DNA from: Psammoneis japonica
Lineage: Eukaryota
Assembly: GCA_008632985.1 (NCBI GenBank)
Contig: QPGO01000213.1
Location: forward strand, 1-64,000
Reading direction: 5' to 3'
Length of the DNA stretch: 64,000 bases
Below the pieces are notes generated by a model. That model was not told where the DNA came from and ran no database searches. It worked only from the letters and a program-made list of their open reading frames with translations. Below, piece by piece: positions 47,494 through 58,060 of the stretch (positions within the stretch are counted from its first letter, which is position 1; each line of letters starts with the position of its first letter). Position numbers and translations under genes: made by a program.

Positions 47494-49616
47494 CACCCCT
47501 GTGGCAGGGGAGAATGTGGTGATGTCATTGTTGCGTGGCAGTTTGTGTCTTGTTCATTGTGTTTTCACACAAATGTGCTTGCATTCATTTGTGTGTTTTC
47601 ACACAAATGCTGACAGCAGCAGGAAAAATCCTGAACCACATTCTCCCCTAAAACTCTAACCACCAAAAACCAAGGGCACGGAAGCGCACTTTTTGAAGAC
47701 AGCGCACACACCAAAACATCACGCGTTTCGACAACTTGACCATGACGACCTCCCGTTCTTCATCCCCCACACCACCTGATGCACACCCACCTGCCGTTCC
47801 TGACACGGCAGTCTCTCCTGCATTGGCTGGTGCCGTCAAACCCGCTGTTGTAACCCAAACACAGCACATTTGCGATCCTGAAGTTTGGGCCCATTTTCAT
47901 TGGATCCAAAATTGACCGTGGCTGCCATTGCCGCCATTTGTCATTGAGTGCTGCAATCAAGCACAATGCAACAACAAGGCGAAACAACCCCACTCGTGCT
48001 GCGACTGCCATGGATGCAAGCAGGCCTGGTGGTGGCAGAGCAAGGCAATTTTGCCAGGATCAACAAAGGCATGGGATCAACAAGCACCAATGCACTGGTC
48101 GATGCTCCTTGTGTGGGCGTGGGCATGGCAGAGGACCATCTATGATGGGAGGCATGGTGACAACTTTTCTCAGGATGATTGTTCCCAAGCAGAACCTCCT
48201 CCATCTGGAGGTGATTGAGACTCACCCAGAGCCCAGTGGAACCAATTGGAGCCAACAACAGGTGTCAAGATGAACCGCAGCAACATGCAAAGGAGGACGC
48301 AGCTGATGGAACACGGGCAGAGAAGGTGCCAGCATGCAAAGTGGCAGCACAGCTGTCGACATGGCACTGGTTTTGAAGGTCTGACAGTGACAAACACAGT
48401 GAGCATTTGCCAAAAGCACGTTGCTGCCTGCCTCCATTTTAGCTGCTTACAAAAAAGCATGTTGTGCATCACATGTAGAATTCAAATGGCGAGAGTGGCC
48501 TCTCATGGAATTGCACACAATGACCCAGTCCTGGAAAGCAGAGCAGTGTCCAAGTCACATGCACCACTTGAAACCTTGCCAAGTCACCTGCAAACAAATG
48601 CCAATTCGCCAACCTCTCCAACTTGAAACTAAAAAACTGTGAAAGCATGCCTGCCATCTGGTTGTCATCAGGTTTCTAACACACAGAGAGCCACACAATG
48701 TGTCTGTACATTCTAAAGATTAGACTGCACTCGAGAGCCAACCAAGAGGCACTGTTCATGTCCATTGATGTGTTGTCCATCAGCAGGCCGTGGTTGTGTG
48801 GGTTTCCTGGTCCGCCGTCATCCATTGTGCTCCTTCCAAAGCAAAAACAATGACAGCATCAACAGCACCTGCGGCAGCAAGGGTGCGATTGACAGTGTCG
48901 GGCATGCCGGGGGCCAAAACGCAGGTGCGGCATTGGGATTCGTGACAGTGTCTGTGGGAGGCAGTGGGGCGAGAATGAAAGAAGTGTGAGTTGCAAGCAC
49001 TTCATTGTGGATGTTGTTGGCAAAAGACAATGACAGTGTCAACAGCACCTGTGGCAGCAAGGGCAGGAGCAACAGTGTTGGGCATGCCAGGGGGCCAAAA
49101 CGCAGGTGCGGTGTTTAAATTCGTGACAGTGTCTGTGGAGGTGGTGGGGCGAGAATGAAAGAAGTGTGAGTTGTTGGCATTTCATTGTGGACGTTGTTGG
49201 CAAAAGACAATGACAGCATCAACAGTGCCTGCGGCAGCAAGGGCAGGAATGACAGTGCTGGGCATGCCAGGGGCCCGAAACGCAGGCATGGCTTTGGAAT
49301 TCGTGACATTGTCTGTGGGAGGCGGTGGAGTGTGCAAACAACAGTGTGAGTTTGTGGCATCTCATTTTGCATGTGTCACACCCACGAGAACCGGAACAAT
49401 GACATCACCTGTTGTGTCAGTGTTGTTGGCAATGGCATCAGCAGGATCGGTGTCCTGGGAAGGCGATGGGGAAGAACCACGAGGCATCATCATGGTCAAG
49501 TCATCAAAATGCGTGTTTTTTGTGCGGAGAAAAGAGCTGCCAGAAGTGCGCTTCCGTACCCTCGGTTTTTGGTGGCGTGGTTTGAACACACACACAGCTC
49601 CCCTGCCACAGGGGTG
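47494..49616. mobile_element. Segment bounded by inverted cacccctgtggcaggggag termini (long-TIR element, or two copies facing each other)
   Basis: 47494-47512 matches the reverse complement of 49598-49616; extended inverted homology between 47660-47760 and 49470-49575. Confidence 0.65.
48842..49370 (+). repeat. About 180-bp tandem repeat, roughly 3 units
   Basis: caaaa(g)acaatgacag..caacag..cctg.ggcagcaaggg starts at 48842, 49021 and 49201. Confidence 0.9.
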
Positions 49617-49839
49617 CTCCCACTTGACTTCCGTGTCAAGCAATGTTGGTTGCTTGGCTGGATCCTGCAACAAGAACTCCGAGACACCCTTTTCCTTGGC
49701 GATTCGTCGAGGAAACATGAGAGTCATCTTTGCCTTTGTCAACACCATCAGCAAAATTTGCCATTCTGTCATCATGCCGGACTGGGGCAGTGGCTGCTTC
49801 AAATGTCTTGAAACAAAGGAATTGGTTGACAACTTTTGA

Positions 49840-52669
49840 GTGGGAAACCGACCAACACGAGAGCTCAGGCAACTGGTCATCAAATGTGGAGGTGCCACTT
49901 CCTGTGAAAGAAAACGCATGCTTTCTGCCCTTGCGATTCTTGGTGCAAGGTTTGAGGCAAACGATCATGTCGGCAAGGTCATTGATGCATGGGCACAGCC
50001 CATTCATTTGGAGAAACAGGCTGAGATGAAGCTTTGGCAGGAGGAACCAAAATTTGTGGCAAAATGTCTGAGCCTTGAATCGATGCAGAGTCAGTTTAAA
50101 GGGGTCTTTTCTCCTTGGTGGGATGCGACGCTATCTTCGTTTGACATCAAACAATGCTTGTCAGAGAGGTCAAATCATGAAAGTTGTGTTTTTGTTGAAT
50201 TGCTTGACATGGCCGTCGGCTCAGGATGCTTTGATGCTGCCATGTGGCTTCTGATGCATTGGAAGGCTCCGTCATCAAAGTCACCTGACATGTGGTGTCA
50301 CTGTAAAATCATGGAAACCGCACTGACCGGTTGGATCCACGATGACATGTTTGCCGTCGATGAGGAGACTCCTCCTCTCTACATGCATGGGGCAAAAGAC
50401 GTCATTGAAGAAACCATGGGGTCCGACTGTAATCCAGCCCACGAAAGGTCGAGAATCAACGAATTTTTTTGGGGTGTGGACTTGGGCGAAGGCGATCGAT
50501 TCGACCTTCACTCGGTTTGGAGAGAAATTCACAAGAAGGCCCCTGCGCATGAGGCCAATGAAGACAGCGAAATTTGGTTCGGTGTTCCACCCAAGATCTT
50601 CACCGCAATCAAAATGGCGTGTACATTGCCGCCGAGTGATTTCGAAGAATCCGGGCAAGCGAAGCTTTTGGACTGTTTTCTGGAAACTGTTTACGACGAA
50701 GACTCCAAATTCCTCTCGGCAGACCTCCCGAGCTTGGCAAAGTTCGTTGTGCTGGACCATCTCCACTTCTTTCAATTCCTCACAAAGCAAAGAAGTAGCA
50801 CAGATGAGACCGTCACTCAAAGCTCATTTCTTGACCTTGACATGCCACTTCTTTGCCCAGTCACCCATGTTTGTGGTTCGGATGAAGCTGACGACGCGGC
50901 CATGACGGACGATGAGGATGTCGAAAATCCATGCTCGATTTGTTTGGAAGCCATGGCCAACCCATTCAAGCTCAGATGCGGGCATTGTTTTCATCACAGA
51001 TGTTTTTTTTGCCATGCTTTCCCTGAGCTGCGAGACGGAGCTGCTGCATCAAGCTCGACAGATGGTGCAAATGAAGTGACCCACGAAGTCCTCTCGACAT
51101 TGCCGAATCTCTCATTTACCCTCGCTAAAGCGAACTGTCCTCATTGTCGCCAATCTGTCAAACCAAGCCTTCAAGAGGCATTTGCACTGAATTTGGCCGA
51201 TGGACTAATGAGGACAGACATGGAACGAAGAGAGCGCCCTTGTTCGCCTCACCTCGATCTTGCAAAGTTTCGAACTGGAATCACAGTTGGCGAATCGCTC
51301 TTAGCCTTCGCGGCATGCAGCGGTGCCATCAGCATCTTTCAGTGGCTCGTTTTGGATTCCGGAGTGAAACCTAATGACGTCTACGCTGGCGATGTCAATG
51401 TCATGCATTTCGCCGTAGCTCACAAGCAGGTCCTTATCCCCACTCCCAGCGCGAACCATGCAGTGGTTCGCCGCGCGAACTCACGAATGCGCGCGATTCC
51501 TGCCCCGAACCATCAAGTGGTTCGCGGCAAGCCAAAAACGAACCGATAGACGATGGGTAAAAGTGTAAAAGATAATGAGATATCTACAATAACATTACAT
51601 CAGTCGATACAGCAACGTCTGTTTGACAATAAGTATGCTTTATTTTAGTGGTTTACTATGTTCTTAAACTTCTCCGTACTGCTACCGTCTTGTTCATCGT
51701 GAGCCTCATTTTTCTGGTTCAATTTTGCATTCGACCCTCTGGTACAAATTACCACGTATATTTCTACGCTCGTCCTCCCGAACCACCTCATGGTTCACCA
51801 ATTCTACGGGGCTCCCGGTACTTATCTACGCAGCGAACCGCCCAATGGTTCGATATTTTTTTCTGGTACTGCCCTACGGTTGTTTCTACGGGGTGAGAAA
51901 ATCACCGCCAACGACCATGACGGTGATTTGACGGCGACCGAGCTCCACACACGAGTGGCGGCTGACAACATAATGCATTGATAACAATGGCTTTTTGCCT
52001 CTGTTAAAAGGTTGTATCTGTGTAGGTACTACTTTATTGTGTCAGTTGCGAGTTTTACGCTACGCAAGTTGCGAACCACTGAGTGGTTCCATTTTTTGCC
52101 CGAGTGGGGTTATCATACGTTGGCTGTGCCTTAACGGCTATTCATCCATGCTTTATGGTAGATTGCAAAGGAGTGCGTTCGATACTTTTGAGCCTTCCTT
52201 GAACTCTGGCACTTCGATGCATGATATTGATCTCAACCTTGATGACAAAAATGTCGCCAAGCGACTGCTATTTTGGAAACGAAAGTTTGGGCTCGCTTCA
52301 CTTCGAAGTGATAACGAAAGTTATGAGTACCGGTACGAAGAGCACGAGCTGGAGCTTCTCCACGAGTTGCCAAGTGACGAAGAAACTCATATTCTGGGTC
52401 TTCAGCGAGTGTCTGAGGACCAGAGTCCGATGCATTATCTACTGATGAATTCCTTGACACACTTTGAAGGACCTATGAGTGATTTACTTTTCAAGCTTTT
52501 ATGGTCTCTTGGTGTATCTGCCATGCCAGCCAACTGGTACCAGCTTGTACTTTCTTTGAGCGTGGACCCAACCATTCGTTCGAATGCCAAGGCGTTCTTG
52601 TCAAAAAGAAGTATTGACCCCTCCTCTGTGTATAACCTATGGGCAACTTCCCAATATTCTGCAAGATGA
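49840..52669 (+). pseudogene. RING-finger plus ankyrin-like protein interrupted by a piggyBac-like insert; 5' part hypermutated
   Basis: CSICLEAM...LRCGHCFHHRC...CPHCR. Removing 51438-52109 plus one TTAT restores HFAVAHKQVL-IIRWLCLNGY in frame. The start codon is uncertain. Confidence 0.75.
51438..52109. mobile_element. Non-autonomous piggyBac-like element (672 bp) with a TTAT target duplication
   Basis: TTAT|CCCCACTC...GAGTGGGG|TTAT; five internal GAACC-N7-GGTTC palindromes. Confidence 0.85.
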
Positions 52670-53965
52670 GGCACGCTGGGCTCTCAGGGTTTTCGAGACT
52701 AGCTTGGAGCCGGTGAACTCAGAAAGTCCCTGTACTCGAGAGAAAAAGAATTTCCAGCATAGCGACGTTTACGTCGCTTATTCACAAATCAGTTTCCGGT
52801 TCGGCTGGCAGGAAAGAGTAGAGAAACAGCCACGATAGACTTGGAGTCTTACGTGTAGCATAGTAGACCTAGATATGAAATAGGCTCACTTTACTTTCCA
52901 TGAAAATGTCGCTCTACATCACGATGCTTCTCTAGAATGCTTTGTCAACCTCAAAAACATAGTAATAATATACACTTGAAATCCATCGACGTGCTACTGC
53001 TAGTCCCCAGCAGATCCCAGATATGAGACATGCCGACACAGATGCTTGCACCGGTGTTGAATTCCTCCTGCTCCTGGCAAAAGCAAATCGGGAACGACTG
53101 TCACATGCAAACGAGTAGTCCGCCGAACTTTGAAAGGGGAGAGCTCTTATGTTGTACCAGATAGGAGCAGACGGAACGACGAGACTGTTTCAGTATCCAA
53201 TCAACGAGAACTAGAAGAGAAGGCACGGGAAGTACAGTCGGACTGTCGCAACAACACTGCTGCGAGAAAAGCTGGGAGAACTATGGAATTTGCAACATGA
53301 TCTTGCTAGGTCCGGGACGGGCTTTGGCCTTTGGGCACCACACAAAGTTCTTGCCGAAGCCGACCCCTCGCCAGTCGCAGCAGCAATCGACGTATGTTTC
53401 CAAGAATAAGAAGCGAAATCACGGAGACGGAGGGCTGTCGTATTGAATTGGCCGATTCTAAACCTGTTGTACATAGCTATCGACTATCGATTTGCTCAAT
53501 GTACGCACAATAGAACGTGTCTGACACAACAGTCAGAGCCCGCTAGAGTATTAACGTATTCCCTTTCCTCTTATCGTACTTCGAACATGTGGTACTAGTT
53601 TTAGATTCTAAACGTGTGGTGCACAATTCTTACCGGTATGCAAAGTGGCAGCACAGCTATCGATTTGGTACTCGTTTAGAAGGACTAGAGTAACGAAAAA
53701 CATAGTGAGCATTACCAAAAGCACGTTGCTACGCTACCTACGCTACCTGTCTCTATTTTAGCAAATTACAAAAATAGTATAAGTACAAGTGCCGCACATT
53801 TTGACATTCCCGAATATTGCATGTCGTATTTCCTGAATAATGCATGTCGTATTTTCCAAATACTTCGTCTTGCATTCTCGAAGGTTTCTCGTTGCATTCC
53901 CCGAACATTGCACGTTGCATTTCCCTTTCCCAAACACATTGAAAACGAGTCGTATCGATTCAAAA

Positions 53966-55097
53966 TCAAGGCAAAGGGAGTCCGGCCTTCTTGCGCCGGG
54001 AACGAGTCATACGGGCCGGAGTCTCTGCAGCCTTCTTGCGCGGGGTCTCGAACGCAGTATCACCTGCAATAGTGGCCTCCTTCTTGGGGGTGGCATTGGT
54101 GCTGGGCTCTGGGGTAGTAGCGCCATTCGCCACGTTTTCCTTGGCCATGGCGTCACCGCTGTCCTTCTTGCTCCAGCTCATACGACGAGGCCACCAAGAG
54201 CCGCCATTGGCAGTTCCGTCCTCCTTCTTTTTCGCCTTCTTATCTTTTTTGAGTTGAAGTAGCCCGCTGGCAACAGAGAAAACAGAATCAACGTTGTGAG
54301 CACAACAAAGGACAATGGACTGTGGATGCTGGCATGACACTTACATCTCGTGAGTGAGAGCCGCCTCTTCAAATTCTGCCTCTGCATCTTCTATCTGAGC
54401 CTCTATGAAATCGTTCTCTGCGGCCTTGCGATCCCTAACGAGGTCGATGTGCGTTTCGGTCCCCTTATCGGCTACTTAGATAGCGGCAGACGCATTGGCG
54501 AGGTGCTGCTGCTCCTTTAGCTCACACTCTTTGCGCAGCTCTTTGGCTTCCTTCGCAGCTTGCATGGAAAGTTGACCAAACTCTCGCGCTAAATCATTGT
54601 TGGCCGTGAGCTCTGTTTGACCGTCAAGGTGACGAATTTTCGCGTTGACACTTTTCTGGTGCAGGAGGCCATGCTTCTTCTTACGCGCGGAAGCCTGCTT
54701 GACCATCTTTTCCTTTTCGAGCTTCAACTTCGCAAGCTTGGTATCGGTATCGTCGGAGGCTGCACTCTCCGGGGTACCATCAGCACCATGGTTGGTGGCA
54801 GCTATGGCGGCCGCCTTGGGCCCCGGCGTGACGACCTTGGCGGGAAGAGAAGGCATGCACTTGTCACGCGTTTTCTTCCAGCGGCCCTTGTTCTTGGATA
54901 GCCATCTTCCCACCGTCGCTTCCTCGCCCGGAAATTCCTCATCGAGCTCACGAATCATCGCATACAACGTCGCCGCTTGGAAGTTATTCTCAAAGATGCA
55001 ATCCAACTCGCCACGAGTGGCGGGATTAATGATTAATCACTAACCTGCGCATCGTAGGATTCTTAGAGTACCGGTAGTTACTGGATGAAGTACTCAT
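53966..55097 (-). pseudogene. Paralog of the 32638-33736 gene (frameshift and premature stop)
   Basis: MSTSS start, PATRGELDCIFENNFQAATLY, DGTPESAASD; 7-bp duplication attaatc at about 55026-55039; TAA at 54476-54478; intron 54344-54267 has the same GCCAG|CGGG junction. Confidence 0.75.
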
Positions 55098-55667
55098 CTT
55101 GGAGATAGATACAGTGATCGTAGTCGTAGGAACTGAAAGAAACAGCAACAGCAACAACGCCGCTAGCTAGTCTACAACGCAACAATGACAGCGTCATCGA
55201 GGACCGACGCGTTTTCGATCCTTCCATCTCCCGAGCGCCGGCCTCGGCGACGTTATTTTTGAACAAAGGTATTAAAAGATGTTAATGGATTAAGTATAAT
55301 TATATAGAAATCCAACTGGCCGGCAAATCCTATATATAAATACGTTAAGGTTCTATATAGATTTTGAATCATTTTTAACCTTCATGGCATTAGGATCGAA
55401 AAATATTACTTCTATTGATTCTGATGTTTTTAATTATGAATATTTATGTAACCGTCAACTAAGAAATCACGTAGGTAGAAAAGCTACAAAGTTACACGCA
55501 ACGATCGAGAACGGCACGACTATCAACGGAAAAAACAAATATTTTTTCAGCACGAACATCATCATCTGCTCTGCTTTCAGGAATTTGAACGACAAGAAAC
55601 AACAACACACAGTCGACTGCTTGCTTGTTGCCCCAATCTGGTGCTGTTGTTTGTTAGCTCCTCAAAC
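55098..55667. promoter_or_regulatory. Conserved divergent intergenic region, copy 2
   Basis: Homologous to 33737-34165. Confidence 0.6.
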
Positions 55668-57377
55668 ATGGCTCATTTGCGTACCGGCCGTCCCGATGCT
55701 CCCTCTTTTGAGAAATATCAAATAATAAAGGATGATACGAGTAAATGGGATTTGGTTTTGCGTCGTCCAGATGGCAGAGAAGCGTTTCTTGAAGCCTTCA
55801 AGAACGAGCGTTGTTTCAGAGACATTGTGATTGCCCTCAGAGACAACCCTCAGAGCCAAGTGCAGGAAACTACGAGAGTGCTCTATGGCATGGTGGACAT
55901 TGTCCACAGCGATACGACCCCCAAAACAATTGACGAGATCGACGTGCGCGGATTTCTCGACCATGAAAAACGGCTTGACGACGAGGCCGTGAGAGCTCTG
56001 TCGAGACTTCTGGAGCAGTGCAAAGTACCCGGTTTGGCTTGTGGTGCCGCCATGAATCCCGGTGGTGCTATGTTGCTGGATCGAGCACTGAGAAACAACC
56101 AATGGTTGGTGTCGGCTTCAGTGAGCGATGGATTGCTCGGGGGTGGAATGGGCAGCAACCGCAGCTTGCAGGAGCTGCTCGTATTTGCTCAAACTCATGT
56201 CGAGGGATACAATGAAGAGCGCAAGATAAAATTCTTCAATGGACTCAAGGTCAACAATTCGCTGCGAGAATTGACAATTCAGTTTCATTCTTGTGGCCCA
56301 GATGCTGCAGATGCATTGGGTGATGCGATTGCTGAGAATGGAACGCTCAGAAGCCTCCACCTTGAACATGAAGAAGGCGGTTTTCTTCAAGACCGAATCT
56401 TGAGTCAGGTGGGAAGAGGGCTTCGATACAACACGTCGTTGCAGTACCTCGCGGTTCGATATTATCCCTTCCACAGGGAAGGGTTTGAGACATTTGCGAC
56501 GGCCTTTCGGGAAAATCGAACTGTGGAGACATTGGTGATTCAATCTTTGGAACAAGTTGGGCCTGTGGGCGCAACTCACTTGAGATCAATTCTGCTGGCC
56601 AGCAGGTCTATCAAGGAACTTACTCTTGCTCTTGATTCATGGAGCACTGAGCTTGATCGTGCGATTGCCGAGGGACTTACCGGTAACGCGGTTCTTGAAG
56701 AGCTGTGTCTGAATCTCGCCGTGGATCCTCATCGCTTTCGTTTCGATGATCTTGAGCTCATAACGACAGCTCTTGAACTTCACAACAGGACTCTTAAGTC
56801 TTTTATTATTGAAGAGACCCGCGATTGCACGATGGGGTTGGAAGCGGCGAATCGCTTCAAGGCGATGCTTGTGGCAAACGATGCAATCGAGGAATTCACG
56901 GTGCATTGCGAGCTTTCGGAAGAGAGTGCCCATGTGATTTTCGAAGCATTAGCTGACAATTCGACATTGAAAATCCTGAGGCTTGGGTGCAGTAAAAATT
57001 TCGATTCTGTTGACAATGCCGAAGAAGTCAAGACGTTGTTGAGTGAGGGTCGAAATCGGTCCCTTTGCAAAGCGGGGCTTTGGCTTCCAGCCGAGAAGAC
57101 GAACCTGCATAACGAAATTGTTTATCTCTGCAAAAGGAACGAGGTTGGATATTGGGATTGGTTGAAGGATGTCAAAAATTGGTCGTCTACAAAGGCGCTA
57201 GAGGAGATTGTGAATCTCGAGCTGACGAGTTTGGATGAAACTCGTCTGCTTTTCGATTTTATTCGAGCCACGCCGACGGTTTGCAACAAACCGAGGACAT
57301 TCGCTGTCAGGAGTGGATGCCCTTTTCGGAGGCTCTACTGCTATGAATGCACCAAAGAGGGCACGGGGGATGAATAA
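55668..57377 (+). CDS. RNI-like leucine-rich repeat protein
   Basis: Repeated N.SL.EL.I / N.TL.SL.L units (LKVNNSLRELTI, IAENGTLRSLHL, LRYNTSLQYLAV, LADNSTLKILRL). Confidence 0.8.
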   Translation: MAHLRTGRPDAPSFEKYQIIKDDTSKWDLVLRRPDGREAFLEAFKNERCFRDIVIALRDNPQSQVQETTRVLYGMVDIVHSDTTPKTIDEIDVRGFLDHEKRLDDEAVRALSRLLEQCKVPGLACGAAMNPGGAMLLDRALRNNQWLVSASVSDGLLGGGMGSNRSLQELLVFAQTHVEGYNEERKIKFFNGLKVNNSLRELTIQFHSCGPDAADALGDAIAENGTLRSLHLEHEEGGFLQDRILSQVGRGLRYNTSLQYLAVRYYPFHREGFETFATAFRENRTVETLVIQSLEQVGPVGATHLRSILLASRSIKELTLALDSWSTELDRAIAEGLTGNAVLEELCLNLAVDPHRFRFDDLELITTALELHNRTLKSFIIEETRDCTMGLEAANRFKAMLVANDAIEEFTVHCELSEESAHVIFEALADNSTLKILRLGCSKNFDSVDNAEEVKTLLSEGRNRSLCKAGLWLPAEKTNLHNEIVYLCKRNEVGYWDWLKDVKNWSSTKALEEIVNLELTSLDETRLLFDFIRATPTVCNKPRTFAVRSGCPFRRLYCYECTKEGTGDE

Positions 57378-58060
57378 CTCTCAAAAGACTCTGTCGAGGG
57401 GTTAATCGGTATATTGTGCAGTATGAAACTCTCTTTTGTCTGAGAGATTGTAGCAAGCAACTGGGAATATACCGTATTGGGTGCTGTTATACAGGTTCAA
57501 ATCTGTAGCAACACCTTATTAGCATCTTGAAGTATATAAACGCATTGTTTGATCTCAACACACGGTGCTTTATTGTTGAGTCCCTATTAAGATCGAACCG
57601 TATGCCCATTGTAGGTGTCAATGGTAAACAACGACACAGTAGGACCGAAAACACCCGTCCGCCTCGTTCGTCTTCTTGGACTCAGCAACTTACACGATGG
57701 ACGATGAACAAATCGACGTCGAAGGAAAACGAATGCTGCTCTCCTCACATGGTACTCGGAACAGTACGTGAGTTCCTAATTCGAGGACTATGGGAAGTAT
57801 ATGAGATATATCCATCGACGTTTCACCTACGCCCTGCAAGAATGACTAGAAACAAACATTTCGGATGTTAGCTGTACTGGATATTCTCACCCTATCCCCT
57901 CTTTTCCAAAATTGGTTCGACAACCAATACTGCATTTAGCCTATAATCTCAGAGCTTGTTGCTTAGCTCTCCCTATAGAGCGGTATCCGGTTTCCAATGT
58001 CAAATGCACAAATTATTGGGACTGCACTACACGCAGCTCGATTACAATTTATCATTACTA

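Larger units (their letters stand above)
36400..51437. other. Large TpA-depleted (and largely CpG-depleted) transposon graveyard
   Basis: Few TA per kb; nested copia, pogo and MITE remnants; paralogs outside the domain retain TA. One N at 37022. Confidence 0.9.

Noticed and set aside
48842..49370. CRISPR array or centromeric satellite
   Set aside because: Only about 3 whole-unit 180-bp tandem copies inside a dispersed repeat, with no unique spacers.
21000..51400. Dozens of overlapping Cys/His-rich ORFs on both strands as real small proteins
   Set aside because: They are the expected by-product of losing TAA/TAG stops and Tyr codons in TA-poor DNA.
36400..51437. Classical RIP or 5mC deamination alone as the cause of the composition
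   Set aside because: C->T processes create TpA or TpG and cannot remove TpA; paired copies show TA->TG/CA.
48325..53770. Diversity-generating retroelement template/variable repeat pair
   Set aside because: Changes are transitions on both strands concentrated at TpA over many kb, not single-strand A->N in a short variable region, and no DGR reverse transcriptase is present.
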